Shown here: piece after piece, positions 25,748 through 39,424 of the stretch
Layout: the number at the start of each line of letters is the position of its first letter
Numbering within the stretch: the stretch's first letter is position 1
Assembly: GCA_040954595.2 (NCBI GenBank)
Contig: CM082593.2
Location: 11,297,477-11,361,476 of the forward strand
Source of the DNA: Balanoglossus misakiensis
Lineage: Eukaryota > Animalia > Hemichordata
Reading direction: 5' to 3'
Length of the DNA stretch: 64,000 nt
Translations under genes and position numbers: made by a program
Notes under the pieces: generated by a model
The model's input: the letters and a program-made list of their open reading frames with translations, nothing else
What the model was told of the DNA's origin: nothing
Databases searched by the model: none

Positions 25748-28465
25748 TAGCTCTGCATGGCCTGGTTAATCAATGTTGACGCAAAGGTTGACCCTACCAA
25801 ACACTCAAAATTTATGGGCACGACACTGGCCACTAGCTCTGCATGGCCTGGTTAATCAATGTTGACGCAAAGGTTGACCCCACCAAACACTCAAAATTGA
25901 TGGGCACGACACTGGCCACTAGCTCTGCATGGCCTGGTTAATCAATGTTGACACAAAGGTTGACCCCACCAAACACTCAAAATTGATGGGCACGACACTG
26001 GCCACTAGCTCTGCATGGCCTGGTTAATCAATGTTGACGCAAAGGTTGACCCCACCAAACACTCAAAATTGATGGGCACGACACTGGCCACTACAATGTA
26101 GCTCTGCATGGCCTGGTTAATCAATGTTGACGCAAAGGTTGACCCCACCAAACACTCAAAATTGATGGGCACGACACTGGCCACTAGCTCTGCATGGCCT
26201 GGTTAATCAATGTTGACGCAAAGGTTGACCCCACCAAACACTCAAAATTGATGGGCACGACACTGGCCACTACAATGTAGCTCTGCATGGCCTGGTTAAT
26301 CAATGTTGACGCAAAGGTTGACCCCACCAAACACTCAAAATTGATGGGCACGACACTGGCCACTAGCTCTGCATGGCCTGGTTAATCAATGTTGACGCAA
26401 AGGTTGACCCCACCAAACACTCAAAATTGATGGGCACGACACTGGCCACTACAATGTAGCTCTGCATGGCCTGGTTAATCAATGTTGACGCAAAGGTTGA
26501 CCTCACCAAACACTCAAAATTGATGGGCACGACACTGGCCACTAGCTCTGGCCTGGCTAATCAATGTTGACGCAAGGGTTGACCCCACCAAACACTCAAA
26601 ATTGATGGGCGCGACACTGGCCACTAGCTCTGGCCTGGCTAATCAATGTTGACGCAAGGGTTGACCCCACCAAACACTCAAAATTAATGGGCGCGACACT
26701 GGCCACTAGCTGTGGCCTAGCTAATCAATGTTGACGCAAGGGTTGACCCCACCAAACACTCAAAATTGATGGGCACGACACTGGCCACTAGCTCTGGCGT
26801 GGCTAATCAAGGTTGACGCAAAGGTTGACCCCACCAAACACTCAAAATTGATGGGCGCGACACTGGCCACTAGCTCTGGCGTGGCTAATCAAGGTTGACG
26901 CAAAGGTTGACCCCACCAAACACTCAAAATTGATGGGCACGACACTGGCCACTAGCTCTGGCCTGGCTAATCCAGGTTGACGCAAGGGTTGACCCCACCA
27001 AACACTCAAAATTGATGGGCACGACACTGGCCACTAAGCTCTGGCCTGGTTAATCAATGTTGAAGCAAAGGTTGACCCCACCAAACACTCAAAATTAATG
27101 GGAACGACACTGGCCACTAGCTCTGCATGGCCTGGTTAATCAATGTTGACGCAAAGGTTGACCCCACCAAACACTCAAAATTAATGGGCACGACACTGGC
27201 CACTACCTCTGGCCTGGCTAATCAAGGTTGACGCAAGGGTTGACCCCACCAAACACTCAAAATTGATGGGCACGGCACTGGCCACTAGCTCTGGCCTGGC
27301 TAATCAATGTTGACGCAAGGGTTGACCCCACCAAACACTCAAAATTGATGGGCACGACACTGGCCACTAGCTCTGGCCTGGCTAATCAATGTTGACACAA
27401 GGGTTGACCCCATCAAACACTCAAAATTGATGGGCACGACACTGGCCACTAGCTCTGGCCTGGCTAATCAATGTTGACGCAAGGGTTGACCCCACCAAAC
27501 ACTCAAAATTGATGGGCGTGACACTGGCCACTAGCTCTGGCCTGGCTAATCAATGTTGACGCAAGGGTTAACCCCACCAAACACTCAAAATTAATGGGCG
27601 CGACACTGGCCACTAAGCTCTGGCCTGGCTAATCAATGTTGACGCAAGGGTTGACCCCACCAAACACTCATAATTGATGGGCACGACACTGGCCACTAGC
27701 TCTGGCCTGGCTAATCAAGGTTGACGCAAGGGTTGACCCCACCAAACACTCAAAATTAATGGGCGCGACACTGGCCACTAAGCTCTGGCCTGGTTAATCA
27801 ATGTTGAAGCAAAGGTTGACCCCACCAAACACTCAAAATTAATGGGAACGACACTGGCCACTAGCTCTGCATGGCCTGGTTTATCAATGTTGACGCAAAG
27901 GTTGACCCCACCAAACACTCAAAATTAATGGGCACGACACTGGCCACTAGCTCTGCATGGCCTGGTTAATCAATGTTGACGCAAAGGTTGACCCCACCAA
28001 ACACTCAAAATTAATGGGCACGACACTGGCCACTAGCTCTGCATGGCCTGGTTAATCAATGTTGACGCAAAGGTTGACCCCACCAAACACTCAAAATTAA
28101 TGGGCACGACACTGGCTACTAGCTCTGCATGGCATGGTTAATCAATGTTGACGCAAAGGTTGACCCCACCAAACACTCAAAATTAATGGGCACGACACTG
28201 GCCACTAGCTCTGCATGGCCTGGTTAATCAATGTTGACGCAAAGGTTGACCCCACCAAACACTAAAAATTAATGGCCACGACACTGGCCACTAGCTCTGC
28301 ATGGCCTGGTTAATCAATGTTGACGCAAAGGTTGACCCCACCAAACACTCAAAATTAATGGGCACGACACTGGCCACTAGCTCTGCATGGCCTGGTTAAT
28401 CAATGTTAACGCAAAGGTTGACCCCACCAAACACTCAAAATTAATGGGCACGACACTGGCCACTA
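25748..28465 (+). repeat. minisatellite, 86-bp unit (82/83/93-bp variants), about 32 copies
   Basis: TAGCTCTGCATGGCCTGGTTAATCAATGTTGACGCAAAGGTTGACCCCACCAAACACTCAAAATTGATGGGCACGACACTGGCCAC repeated head to tail. Confidence 0.97.
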
Positions 28466-29344
28466 CATGTATTTGTGATATTTTACATGGTTAACCACGC
28501 CTTGAGAAAAGTAATTATAAGAGAACTTTGTTTCCAAAGTTAGGGGAGAATAATATAACGGGAGATGGGAGTACCTCAGGCTACTGAGCTCGTTCCCTTC
28601 CTCATGTACTTTACTGGGCGTATTTGATGTACTATAATAATTCCGGACAATAAATGAACGTAAATCAGATACGTTTCTCCGTGGATCACGGTTCTCGTCA
28701 GAGCCCGTTACCTCATCGCTACAGATTCCCCGATGCATGAACAATCATGAGAAACCAGCGGTAATACAAGTGTCACGATTGAGTTTTAACGATCATAGAT
28801 CTTGTTTATGATTACGTAAGAAGTCATTCACTTATATGGTTTTAGTCCAGTATTGACATTGGTACTTGACCCAGAGTAAACAAGATTGTGTAATTGATAC
28901 ATGTCAGAACGAGATAGAGATATCACGCGCTAAGTTCATGTTTAAGAAATATCAAGATGACGTGTTCCTTTTATGACTTAATACTTGACTAACGTATTAA
29001 TAAGGTGTGGTGAAATTTGAGATCACACATTTATCACCGGAGATCCGTGATGGGAGTCAACGAGCATAGATCGAGTCGTGTAATTCTTACGTGTGACCAG
29101 TAATAAACCAGAACTTTGTGTTACTCGGAAAACTTCTTGCAAGTCTCTGTCTACGAAAGGTTTACGATCTGCCGGGTACCTCTCTCGGACTTTATGAATA
29201 TGTTGGGTGGAGAAGGAGATGGAGAGAATGTACGCCGTCAGCTTTCGGACGTGGCTGATTCCCCACAGAAGCCGATGAGGTAAACGTCCGGAGGACGACC
29301 GGCCGTAACAACAAACTGCATGAATTAAAGTTCAACAATCCTTA

Positions 29345-29645
29345 GAAGACAGGAACGTCAGAGGTTGAATCTTGATGGGAAAAGGCGAGGTATCGCTGGT
29401 TATCATCGGCGTACTGATGAAATTGTAGGATGTGGGGACGAATCGGTTTACTATAAAGTGGGGCTATATAAATGGTGAACAACAGAGGGGCAGTGGCACC
29501 CCGTATACGAGAGGTGACTGTGAACTTGCAGTGTTTTCGATGATTACAGTTTGATATCTATATTTAAGGTAAGATGTAAACCATGTTAGTACTGTGTCTG
29601 AGATGCCAAGGTTCGATAGTCTACAAAGAAGTATCCCGTGATGCA
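29345..29645 (-). mobile_element. degenerate non-LTR retrotransposon RT fragment (CR1/L2-type)
   Basis: HGILLCRLSNLGISDTVLTWFTSYL...YGVP, and FHQYADDNQ near 29395-29425. Confidence 0.8.
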
Positions 29646-31990
29646 AATGTACAACTGAAGAAAAAAGGAATCACAAATCTTAAAACTAAGATGCCGTTAA
29701 GAATTAAATTTCGCGAAAAGGAAGTGACGAAATACGTACATTTTCCGGTGCTCTACAACAAGTAGTCTCCCTATCATCCCTATTGGAGCATGCAGCTAAA
29801 ATTTACCATGACGTCATTGATTCTACGCGAACGTTTTTCTAATGGCGATAAACATATTTTGTATAACTTGTGCTCAAACGCCCGTGAATCTCACTCGCAA
29901 AAATTCACAAGTGGCGCATACAACACTAGGAAGAAAATTGTTTAGCAGTCTATAGAGTTTGTGACCTGAGATTTGGAAGTAAAAGTTAAACTTGAGACAG
30001 AAGTGATTGAAGAGTAAAGAAACTTTTGAAGTGTTAAGAAAGTTATCGCATTCCTGATGAAAAGAAAAGAAAATACAATACCTTCATTGTTTTAAGGAAC
30101 ACAAGGAAGACAAGTACTATGCAATCAGAGTATGCATGGATCATTCATCTAAAAATATATCTCCGCGTCTTTTGGCGGGTAAAAATAAAATGCTGGAACG
30201 GTCTTTTGGATGGCGGACTATTTGTGTCCTTCTTGTCCTCAGAACGCAAGTGGTCGAGTAGGTTTATTTCATTAAATTTTTATATTCTCAGTTGCTACCA
30301 TAAATACCCAGTGTTCGTGTCGATGTATCTGGACGTCAGCACGATTCCATATAGGTACCTCTCAGTATTAGCCAAGCGAGTTATCCCCATCGATAGAGTT
30401 TAATTCCCCGTTACATTCCCAACACCAATCCTCCCGCGTGACATTGAGGTTGAAGGTATACAAGCCTTAGGAATCATGCAACCATCCAGAAAGTGTAATA
30501 AATTTTGAAGCTATGATGTGAGTTTTCAGTTCGTTTCTTCTTTTGATTTGTTGATGTAACATTGTGCGTTTTAAATAAAAGATAAAAAAATGTACAGCAA
30601 TGACGTCACAAAATTCACTGGTATTGATAAAGCTATATTATATCATATATTATATGTGTTAAATACTACCGTATCTCATTATTGCAGTATTTCGTGCTTT
30701 AACACAAAATACGCGAATAGGGTTTAATACAAAACTAAATGACACAATTTCTGTTTCTTTGCCAAAATTCTTAATCACAAGATCAACCCATCCTTACGCC
30801 TCTACTCTATTGCTAAGAGAAACCAGCGTCCGTAACATGCATTGTGAAACCCCTCAACAACATGCATGTCAACACTTCATTTTTTCTCCAGCATTGTCAG
30901 TTTGGTACTCTGACAACTCACGGGGCATCATGGGACAATATTAAAGCTGATTCAGTGTTTATGTGCATAAAACACACGGCGGTGGAAACATTCGTTTTAA
31001 ATTATTGTGGACGCGCGCACGCCCTTGTCTGTGTACAGGTACTTGATGCTTGTCTACAGTCACGTGAAACGCTGTTGGTAGTACCCTAGAAGATAGATAT
31101 CTTTAATCAGAACTTTGGTAAGGAAGGTTTGAGAGGTCCATTCTATGTAAAGAAAGTTTAAGAAGTGTGTTACCAAAGGGTGTGGGGGTGGCTGGGGGTC
31201 ATCAATATATCACTCTGCATCACGTTCACAGAAAAGGTCGCGACACGCCCACAAATCCACTCACGACTTGCGTCACCGGTTACAGGAGTTCGTACAAAAG
31301 TGTGGTTTATGCACATTTACACTGAATCAGTTTTTTTGGCCCATGATGCCCATGGGCAAATACAGGCCACGATGCCTCCAGAATGATGATGGCAATGATG
31401 GTGATGATGATGATTGTGGTGGTGGTGGTGGTGGTGATTGAGCTTTAATTTCCCTTTCTTCCTGTCTAACCACTTCCTCTCTCACCTTCACTTATTCGGT
31501 CTCTCCCCTCCCCTTCTGTCAAAGTCCTCCCCTCATTCCCTTTCCATCCTGACATTCTCATTTCCGCCCTCTTGCTTTTCTTCTCCTTTCTCACATTCCT
31601 TTTCTCACCTCTCCCCCCCCCCCCTCCGTAACATGTTATGTAATATATAAAGTAAAAAAGTCCAAAGCATGATGTTATCACAGATGACATTTGGAATGTA
31701 TTATTGTACTATCTGGTTTAATTTCAAACATAGTGGAGTTATTTATTGGCCAGTATTTAAGCATGTTTAAAGAAGTCAAACAGCATAATAGGCACATTTC
31801 ATATCAAACAAAATTGATCAAATAAGCTCAAAAGAGGATTTGAACAATTTGTCCCTTTAAGTAATGTTCAATATTAGATTTACACTTGTGATTGTATGTC
31901 ATCTCCCTTTTGTTAGAAACCTCACAGTCATATAATAAACGGGTGTAGCATGCTGGAAGGGTGTGCTTACCCATTTCCGACACCTAGTAC

Positions 31991-32439
31991 CACAGGGGCT
32001 GCAAATATGAAAGTTATAAATGGCGAAGTACGTTCCATTCTGCGTTTTCCCAACCTGTCTTATCATTTGCTAATCCAGAATAAAAGCTATCCATTTCCCA
32101 TTAATCACCTGCTAACGACTTAATCTGTGTGCCCCATCCACGGATTAAGTTAATAAAGTAAACATCGGTCAGCGAGTACTGGGTATTCTCTTACCAAGTG
32201 AGAACTGACCGATGTTTACTTAATCCACTAAATCCGTGGATGGGGCACACAGATTAAGTCGTTAGCAGGTGCTTAATGGGAAATGCAATAGTTTGTATTC
32301 TGGATTAGCAACTGCTAAGACAGGTGGAGGTAACACAGAAAAATAAACAAGCGCAAAGACTGTTCATCAATTAATGTTTATTGGGGGAAAATGCAGGAAC
32401 TCCGCCATTTATAACTTTCATGTTTGCAGCCCCCCTGTG
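31991..32439. mobile_element. near-fully palindromic MITE, probably P-superfamily
   Basis: CACAGGGGCTGCAAA...TTTGCAGCCCCCCTGTG; arms pair down to a roughly 32-nt loop (32173-32204); flanks ctagtac and caagtac resemble a 7-bp TSD. Confidence 0.75.
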
Positions 32440-34077
32440 CAAGTACTACCACTTAGCAGTGGTTCAAGATGATCCTGTTGAAATTGTAAGTTTTTTCTCT
32501 TATTTCTTTTTTGAACCTGGACCTGGTAATTAGCTTAGCTTTAGTAATATTGATTATTGGACCTGGTTTGATGTCTTATTATAACAACTACAGAAGAATC
32601 TCTGGACACAGTGAAATACACTCCAGGGTTATGGTAATGACTGACAAATTGTCAGTTTAAAAAAGTAGACAAAGAACTCAGTTAAATATTATAATAAAAA
32701 TATGCTTTAATATAAGGAAAAGGTACAATTGATATACTTGTAATTAAAACTTAAATATAATGATGAAATTCTTCAACTGTTCTGTAGTTGCACCAGTATT
32801 TGTATAAGCTAAAAATGTTGACTTCTGGCAGGACAACTCAAACAGATATTAAACTTATTTATAGTACTTCCACTTCATGACTTTGTTCAAAAATTTCCCA
32901 AACTTATTTCATTGTTGATGAGTTGTCACCTCCGAACAACACAAAAAGGAACAGTTTGTATAAAAAAGTAATTTTGCATGAATCTTAAACATACATGCAC
33001 AAGTTGAGTGAATAACACAATATAATCATATTCTACAATGAATTACAATATCAAGATTAAGGGTTTCACATATGACATTACATTGCTACATTTTATATAC
33101 ATGAATTTAATTTGAAAAATTTCCATTGATCTATAACACCATGAATAATATAAAAATATGCGAATAAATACTTTGAATTATTATATATACATGTCAGGTC
33201 TCAAAGTGAGTAACTATATTTCCATTCACCTATGAACTGGTTATTAACCAAATGAAATGATAGGATCTTTTATTTTGAGGATCTTATAATTGTGATCATA
33301 CACATCCATATTCCAAAATTCGCATGCCAAACAAATATCAGATTTATACGGCCAGTTGTAAAGACAGTACAAGGGGCAAAAAAATTGATAATAGTTAATC
33401 ATCATCTCCCTTCTTTTACAGTCTTGGAGAATGGTGACGGTTGAAGTCAAATTAAAGAAAAATATCAAGAAAAATATCAAAATTTGAAGCACTAATTCAG
33501 GAGGATATATATCATCGGGAGGTAGTCACTGAATATATTGAGAGAAATAATTCATAATCTATGCATTTGGATGAAAAGACCTTCTACCTGATCAAGTTAA
33601 GGATAAATGCTGCCTTGTATGAATACAGAAGCAAGTCAGCATGCAAAGGGAGAGCTGAATTGGTACACAGTTAAATTTGTCCTCCAAATTCAACAAAAAT
33701 ATGTTGTTGTTTAGGAATTCTCGTATTATCATATCTTTTTCATTACACAATACCTTATAATAAGTCATAACAAATTTTTAAGGAAAATTCTTTAAAATAT
33801 GTAAAATATATAGCCTTATAACCAACATACTTTAAAGATGATTATTTATGATCATTTCATTCAGATGTTGCTAAGAGTGTAATAATAAAGATCTGTTTCA
33901 CTCCAACCAATTTAATGTGCGCTTATCACAGTACTGTCGTCTGACAAAGCATAACTATTATTGTTATCATTTATGGGATTATACCAAGCTTATCACAGTA
34001 CTGTGTCAACTCACAAAATGAAACCATTCTAGTTATCATTTGAATTATACCATACATGTACACACAGAGATGGCACA

Positions 34078-34342
34078 TTAGAAGTATCTGTCTCCGTGAC
34101 TCTCATGAAATAGTTCATTTCTACTCTTAAGAGGCCTTGGTCTCCATTCCTCACTTCCACTGGCACTACCACTGTCGCCACTATACATGGGATTGTAGTG
34201 ATAGATTTCTCTGAAGGCTTCCTCATCTTCCACACTTTTCCCTGCCTTGCTATCAACATCATCTGTATCATCAAACCAATGGATATCCATAGTTGCCTCT
34301 TGTTCTTCCCAGCCTGGATGTTTCTTTCCTCCAAGAGCACAC
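34078..34342 (-). CDS. last coding exon: cytoplasmic tail with NPxY motif
   Basis: CALGGKKHPGWEEQ...EIYHYNPMYSGDSG...GDRYF*; attcag acceptor with matching phase 2. Confidence 0.8.
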
Positions 34343-34694
34343 CTGAATGTCAAATAGTTGAACATCATCAATGTGGGATTTGTTGTGATGTTGTTACTAC
34401 TGTAGAATAACGCAGGTGGTTGTTGGACACTTTGCGGTCTGGTCGCGTGACTTTGCCTTGTTAGCCGCCATGCATGTTGAACGCAAATTATACCATGATG
34501 CACTGCAGTTACCCTATACGCTAATAGGTCTATGCATGAACTCTTTGAATAAATTTGCTTCCACGATACAGATGTGATTATTTTTCACGTTGCCTCATGC
34601 ATGTATGGAAAGATACAGGTAAATTCCCAGTTTTCTGATGGGCAACATGTCTACAGCTGTCTCGATTCTACTCTGGTAGTACTAAATAACTTAC

Positions 34695-34791
34695 CGTTGG
34701 TACATGAGTAACATTATTACACCAAGCACTAACACAGCCGCTAAACCTCCCGCAACACCACCAATGATGACAGCTGTGTCAACGGAGGAAT
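34695..34791 (-). CDS. exon: transmembrane helix
   Basis: DTAVIIGGVAGGLAAVLVLGVIMLLMYQR; ttacag / gtaagt. Confidence 0.9.
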
Positions 34792-35058
34792 CTGTAAGAG
34801 TTTAAATATTTCTATTTGTCACGGGGGCGATATGCTACGATAAAAGCAAGAAAACCATTCATTATGATGCTTAACTATTGTAAAATGGTTAGTTGACCAA
34901 AAATCTAGTTATACTGCAGATGTTGCAGTTTCACCATTTTCACAAATATTTTCAAGACAACGTAAACTGTAATCATGTAGATCAAACAAATGTGTAAACT
35001 TTAGTGAATATTGTTTTTCAATCTTGAGTTATTAAAAGACAAAGAAATGTATACACAC

Positions 35059-35187
35059 CTTTAACTTGCATTGGTATTCTCTGGCGGCAAGTTTCACCTT
35101 GATATTCATCAGTACATTCACAAACAGGATTGCCATCACTGTCCTTGATGCAAACAGCATTGTTTGAGCAGAACCCTTCACATTTAT
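35059..35187 (-). CDS. exon: EGF domain
   Basis: DKCEGFCSNNAVCIKDSDGNPVCECTDEYQGETC; gtctag / gtgtgt. Confidence 0.85.
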
Positions 35188-35480
35188 CTAGACACAAGAA
35201 TAAAATCACATCACATTATTCTACCTGACGAACCATTTGTATTAGACAAGAACTAAACCCACTTGCAGATTCATTTCTTACAAACGGAATGGAAGTTGTG
35301 TGCTGTCGAACATTGATTCACTATATATCCACATGTACCGGGTGAATAACATAAACAGTGTCTTGTATCAAACATAATTAATGGAAAAAGGGCAGCAAGA
35401 GCTATACTAAATCAACAGTAGTGTCTACGTTTTAGCTGTACATATTTCTGTTGACATTTCAGTTGTAGATAGTTACATAC

Positions 35481-35603
35481 CTGTACAAGTTATTCCATCA
35501 CCAGTGAAACCAGTTTTGCAAGTGCATTCATATCCTGGTACAAGATTCCTGCAAGTGGCATTTGGGTGACAGTCATCCAGACCAAGACGACATTCATGTG
35601 CAT
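35481..35603 (-). CDS. exon: calcium-binding-type EGF domain
   Basis: DAHECRLGLDDCHPNATCRNLVPGYECTCKTGFTGDGITCT; ttctag / gtatgt. Confidence 0.9.
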
Positions 35604-35683
35604 CTAGAAAACAAAAATTCTTGCAATGTCTTTAACTGACCACCAAATAAAACTATGGGATCTTCATACATATCACCAGTTAA

Positions 35684-35866
35684 TGGTATACAGTCACCTA
35701 TGGAAAATTAGCTATAGTTACCATGGCAAAAGGAGATCTAGCCAATCACAGATTTTCAGTGGGTGGCACATGCAAAAAAGAGCGCCACCATATGTTCTTT
35801 AGAACTCTCATATACTCCATTTCAGCCATATATGGGCGTTTGTAAATTGGAGGTGACTGTATACCT
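35684..35866. mobile_element. Kolobok-like MITE in intron
   Basis: TTAA|(t)GGTATACAGTCACCT...AGGTGACTGTATACCT|TTAA. Confidence 0.8.
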
Positions 35867-36171
35867 TTAAGTTAGATGACTACCCAGATGCAGTGCATGG
35901 TTATCACATTCCATAGCCTAACATGTAGAATTCTGAGAAAACAGTATTACAATATTGTTATTTCCGTGAAATTTTCAGAAAAGGTGTTAAAAGAGGAGCA
36001 TTATTAAATTATATAAAAATGTTGGATCACACAACATATCAAATGATACTCTAAATAAAGAAGAAAATTTCTTATAATGAAGTGTTTGTGTCAGATTGAA
36101 CAGTTAAGGTTGATCTCCACAAGCACTTCATGCATGTTATCAGTTCTATGATTATGAAAAATTATTCCTAC

Positions 36172-36333
36172 CATCACATTCTGTTTCATATAGGGCACCC
36201 TCTCTGCCTGTAGTGTAGCCAGTTGGGCATGGTTGACAAGCATCCTGGTTGAATTCAAAGTTATATGTTCCAACAGGGCATTTCTCACATCTATAGGACT
36301 CCTGATTCAAGTACCAACCAACATTGCAGTAAG
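36172..36333 (-). CDS. exon: Ephrin_rec_like repeat 4
   Basis: YCNVGWYLNQESYRCEKCPVGTYNFEFNQDACQPCPTGYTTGREGALYETEC; caacag / gtagga. Confidence 0.85.
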
Positions 36334-36470
36334 CTGTTGATGGAATGGAAAAAGAGCATAGAATAAAATTGGAGGACTATCATTATTCTGAACAACTGAG
36401 GCACAATAATACAACCTTCAGTTCAGTACAGTTGAGATACAACATGAAAAGTTGTATACATAATACTTAC

Positions 36471-36638
36471 AAACATTACAATCTTCACTTAAGGTTGAAC
36501 CGACTGCTCTTGTGGTGAAGCCAAATGGGCACGGCATACAAGATGGCTGAAGTTCAGCATTTGATCGATAGGTTCCCATGGGACACGACTCACAAGACCC
36601 ATTGACACTAAGTTGGACTCCCACTGATTTACATACCT
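36471..36638 (-). CDS. exon: Ephrin_rec_like repeat 3
   Basis: EVCKSVG...CESCPMGTYRSNAELQPSCMPCPFGFTTRAVGSTLSEDC; ttacag / gtaagt. Confidence 0.85.
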
Positions 36639-36882
36639 CTGTAATTGAGAAGGTTAATTTTTTGATATTCACGATTATCTGCTTTTCACTCACGTGAATT
36701 TGTTAAACTGTTGAATATGTTACATATCTGGCGGTTCTAAAGTAAAAACCTACTCGGAAAAAAGTTTACTGGATGCCGAAATATTGCTTGCCTGTCACTT
36801 ACAAATGATAACGCCATGGGTACGTCACATGGCCAGATCATGTGATTGATAGTCAAGAATAGCAAATAACACAAGTACCTAA

Positions 36883-37044
36883 CCTGACATTGTGACTCAT
36901 CAGTAGCTCCTTCAACTAATGTAAGCATTCCCTTTGGGCAAGTATTACACACAAACTTTCCTTCTTCTGATTGCCAGAATCCAATGGGGCTGCTTTGGCA
37001 CTAAGAAGTCCCGTTGTCAAAGTGGTGACCAACATCGCACCTCT
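36883..37044 (-). CDS. exon: Ephrin_rec_like repeat 2 with premature stop
   Basis: ERCDVGHHFDNGTS*CQSSPIGFWQSEEGKFVCNTCPKGMLTLVEGATDESQCQ; donor position uncertain by 1 nt. Confidence 0.8.
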
Positions 37045-37304
37045 CTGCAATAGACATCATTGTTGAAAAATTATTTTTTCAACCAAAGAGATGAACATTC
37101 CAATTGTCATTCTTTCCATATTGGATCACACCACAATAATTTGATATATACGTCACAATTCCCGTCAAGGGGTATGGGGTTTTATCGGGCCAGTGGCATG
37201 AGTGAGGCTAGACGCTAGTTTTGGAAGCAAAGCGGACAAAATACGGCTAGATACTAGGCTATGGCTGTGGACGAGGAGGAGATATTGCCTTCTGTTATAC
37301 ATAA

Positions 37305-37466
37305 CAAAACACTGCAAGATGGATAATGATCTCTTTCCCCTGGTGACTCCATTATTTGGACAGGCATTGCATGCTGTTTGTCCTTCAAGGGGTTGATAAT
37401 ATCCAATTGCACAAGGATGGCACTGACTCAGCTCAGTGTCATGGTACGACCCTTCAGGACACAATA
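37305..37466 (-). CDS. exon: Ephrin_rec_like (GCC2/GCC3) repeat 1 (donor mutated)
   Basis: LCPEGSYHD...CHPCAIGYYQPLEGQTACNACP...QCF; the 162-nt phase-1 exon is followed by TTATGT instead of GTATGT. Confidence 0.8.
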
Positions 37467-38060
37467 CTGTGGAAATACAAAATGTTGAAGGCAGATGTAT
37501 ACATTGTTCATGTACTGATCATTATGCATTAATGGTTTAAAACACAACTACAATTGTAACACACAGCATTCATTTTGGCCAGTTTTTCACTCTTGTGTCT
37601 ACAAGTGGGATTGCAGTTGTGTGTGGTTGAATGTTGATTCACTATATATCCACATGTAGAATAACATTAACTGTGTCTTCTATCAAACATAATTAATGGA
37701 AAAAGGGCAGCGAGAAAGAGACTTTGTCCCTCCTTGGTATGAGCATATCAAATCAATTATTTCCTTATATCACCTCTTGGTTGGGTTGTATTTACCACTC
37801 ACACTTGTCTTTAATTTGTACACTGCGACTCACAACCACACTCGCAGCAATACGGCCCACCTAACAGGTCATATCAGGCGATATAAACATATTAACATCT
37901 ACACCTTTTTATAATATTAATTTTGGACACAGTTTTAATCCTTTCACCACCATGGTTCAGTCCAAACCAATTGTTTTCTATGGTAAGGTTTGACCTCTAT
38001 AGAGGAAACTGGGAGTGAAAGGGTTAAAGTACATAACAACTGAGGAGTATAGGCACTCAC

Positions 38061-38209
38061 CACATTCTTCTCCAACAAGAACACTACCATTGGAACAGAA
38101 TATTGTACTTTCAACTTGTAATGTCTCAGCGTCGACCGAATATTCAGCTGTATCAAAAGGACCATTCTTGACTGCATCTTCAATAACTACAGCTGCAGCA
38201 TCAGCAGAG
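38061..38209 (-). CDS. exon: linker leading into the Cys-rich repeats
   Basis: SADAAAVVIEDAVKNGPFD...IFCSNGSVLVGEEC; cattag / gtgagt. Confidence 0.8.
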
Positions 38210-38280
38210 CTAATGGAAAAAATGCAACATGCAAAAAATTCTTACATATGCCACATTACAATACCAACCGGAAGTGTGTA

Positions 38281-38488
38281 CTGTAAACTGGGTTGTTTTC
38301 ACGACAGGAAATTTTCGCGATATTAAAAGAGGCGACTGTTACGTGAGGACGAATTTTCGAGTTCTCGTATTTCACTAACTGCATCATTATCTCCAAAAAC
38401 ATTTTACACAACTTTTTATTTTAACGTTTTTTTGACCAGCGCATGTTTTGCAGAAATTTACTGCTCGCGAAAATAACACGTTTTGCAG
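38281..38488. mobile_element. TA-target MITE in intron
   Basis: TA|CTGTAAA...TTTGCAG|TA. Confidence 0.6.
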
Positions 38489-38779
38489 TATATTTCGAAT
38501 GCATGAATCTTTAGAATACAGGATGCCGCAACATGAAGGAAGGTGGGCAGAACTGATGGGGTTGCCAAAAACTGAAAATGTTTGAGTGTTAAGACACAAA
38601 ATAATTTGTTTTCACTTGCATGAATGGAATATTTTGCAATAATGCAAACACCAGCTGTATAGGGAATACAGAGCTGGTCCTCACACAGCCTGGGATCAGT
38701 ACCCTAGACATGTCACCAAAGTCATTTCAATAGAACAGAAGGGGAATAAAATACTCGAAAAATAACAATTACTACTCAC

Positions 38780-39021
38780 GCATTGGTTGTGAAACTGAAC
38801 TGAACCACAAGCTGAGTATCAGCCTGTCTCTTTCTTCGGTTTGAGGCGCCGCAGGTTATTTCAAGGTCATCAAAGTTGCATTCACCGCCACAAATACCAA
38901 ACAAATCATTCAGATAGTTGATAGTGTTCATAAAATTGCTGGATGACACCATTGTTACATGTACCAGCCTGTGAATTGTATGACACGCCACAATTCACTC
39001 CACGTTGAGTCTTCCCAGGAG
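38780..39021 (-). CDS. exon: linker with furin-type RRKR site (frameshifted)
   Basis: Starts APGKTQRGVNCGVSY...TCNNGV in one frame and ends NFMNTINYLN...ITCGASNRRKRQADTQLVVQFSF in another; 242 nt does not fit the phase 1 and phase 2 neighbours. Confidence 0.75.
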
Positions 39022-39424
39022 CTGCAGTAGAACAATACAAACAAACAAATTTTGTTAAAGATGCAATTTTCAATCTAGCGAACGATGTATTGACTTAGAC
39101 TGCTAAACCGCTTAGCCAATCAGGAAAGTTACAGCTGCTTACCCAGAACAAAATATTAAGAAAATAGCTCAAATGTACTGGAGCTTTATATTGGGGTAAG
39201 CAGATATGATGTTAACAGATTATCTACCTGTAATCACAACCTTGACATACTGTAAAGCAAGAATTTGCATTACTCATATTTCTCTTTTCATTTATAACTA
39301 AAAGAAAATTGTCTCAATGCTGGAATACCCCCTCTCACAACTCTCTCTCTTTGGAGAATTTTCTGAATGTGCATGTGCAACCTGATTATATTTCTTTACT
39401 GATACCAAATCATTTTTTTCTCAC

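Noticed and set aside
25748-28465. CRISPR array
   Set aside because: Whole units repeat with no unique spacers, no cas genes are present and the context is eukaryotic
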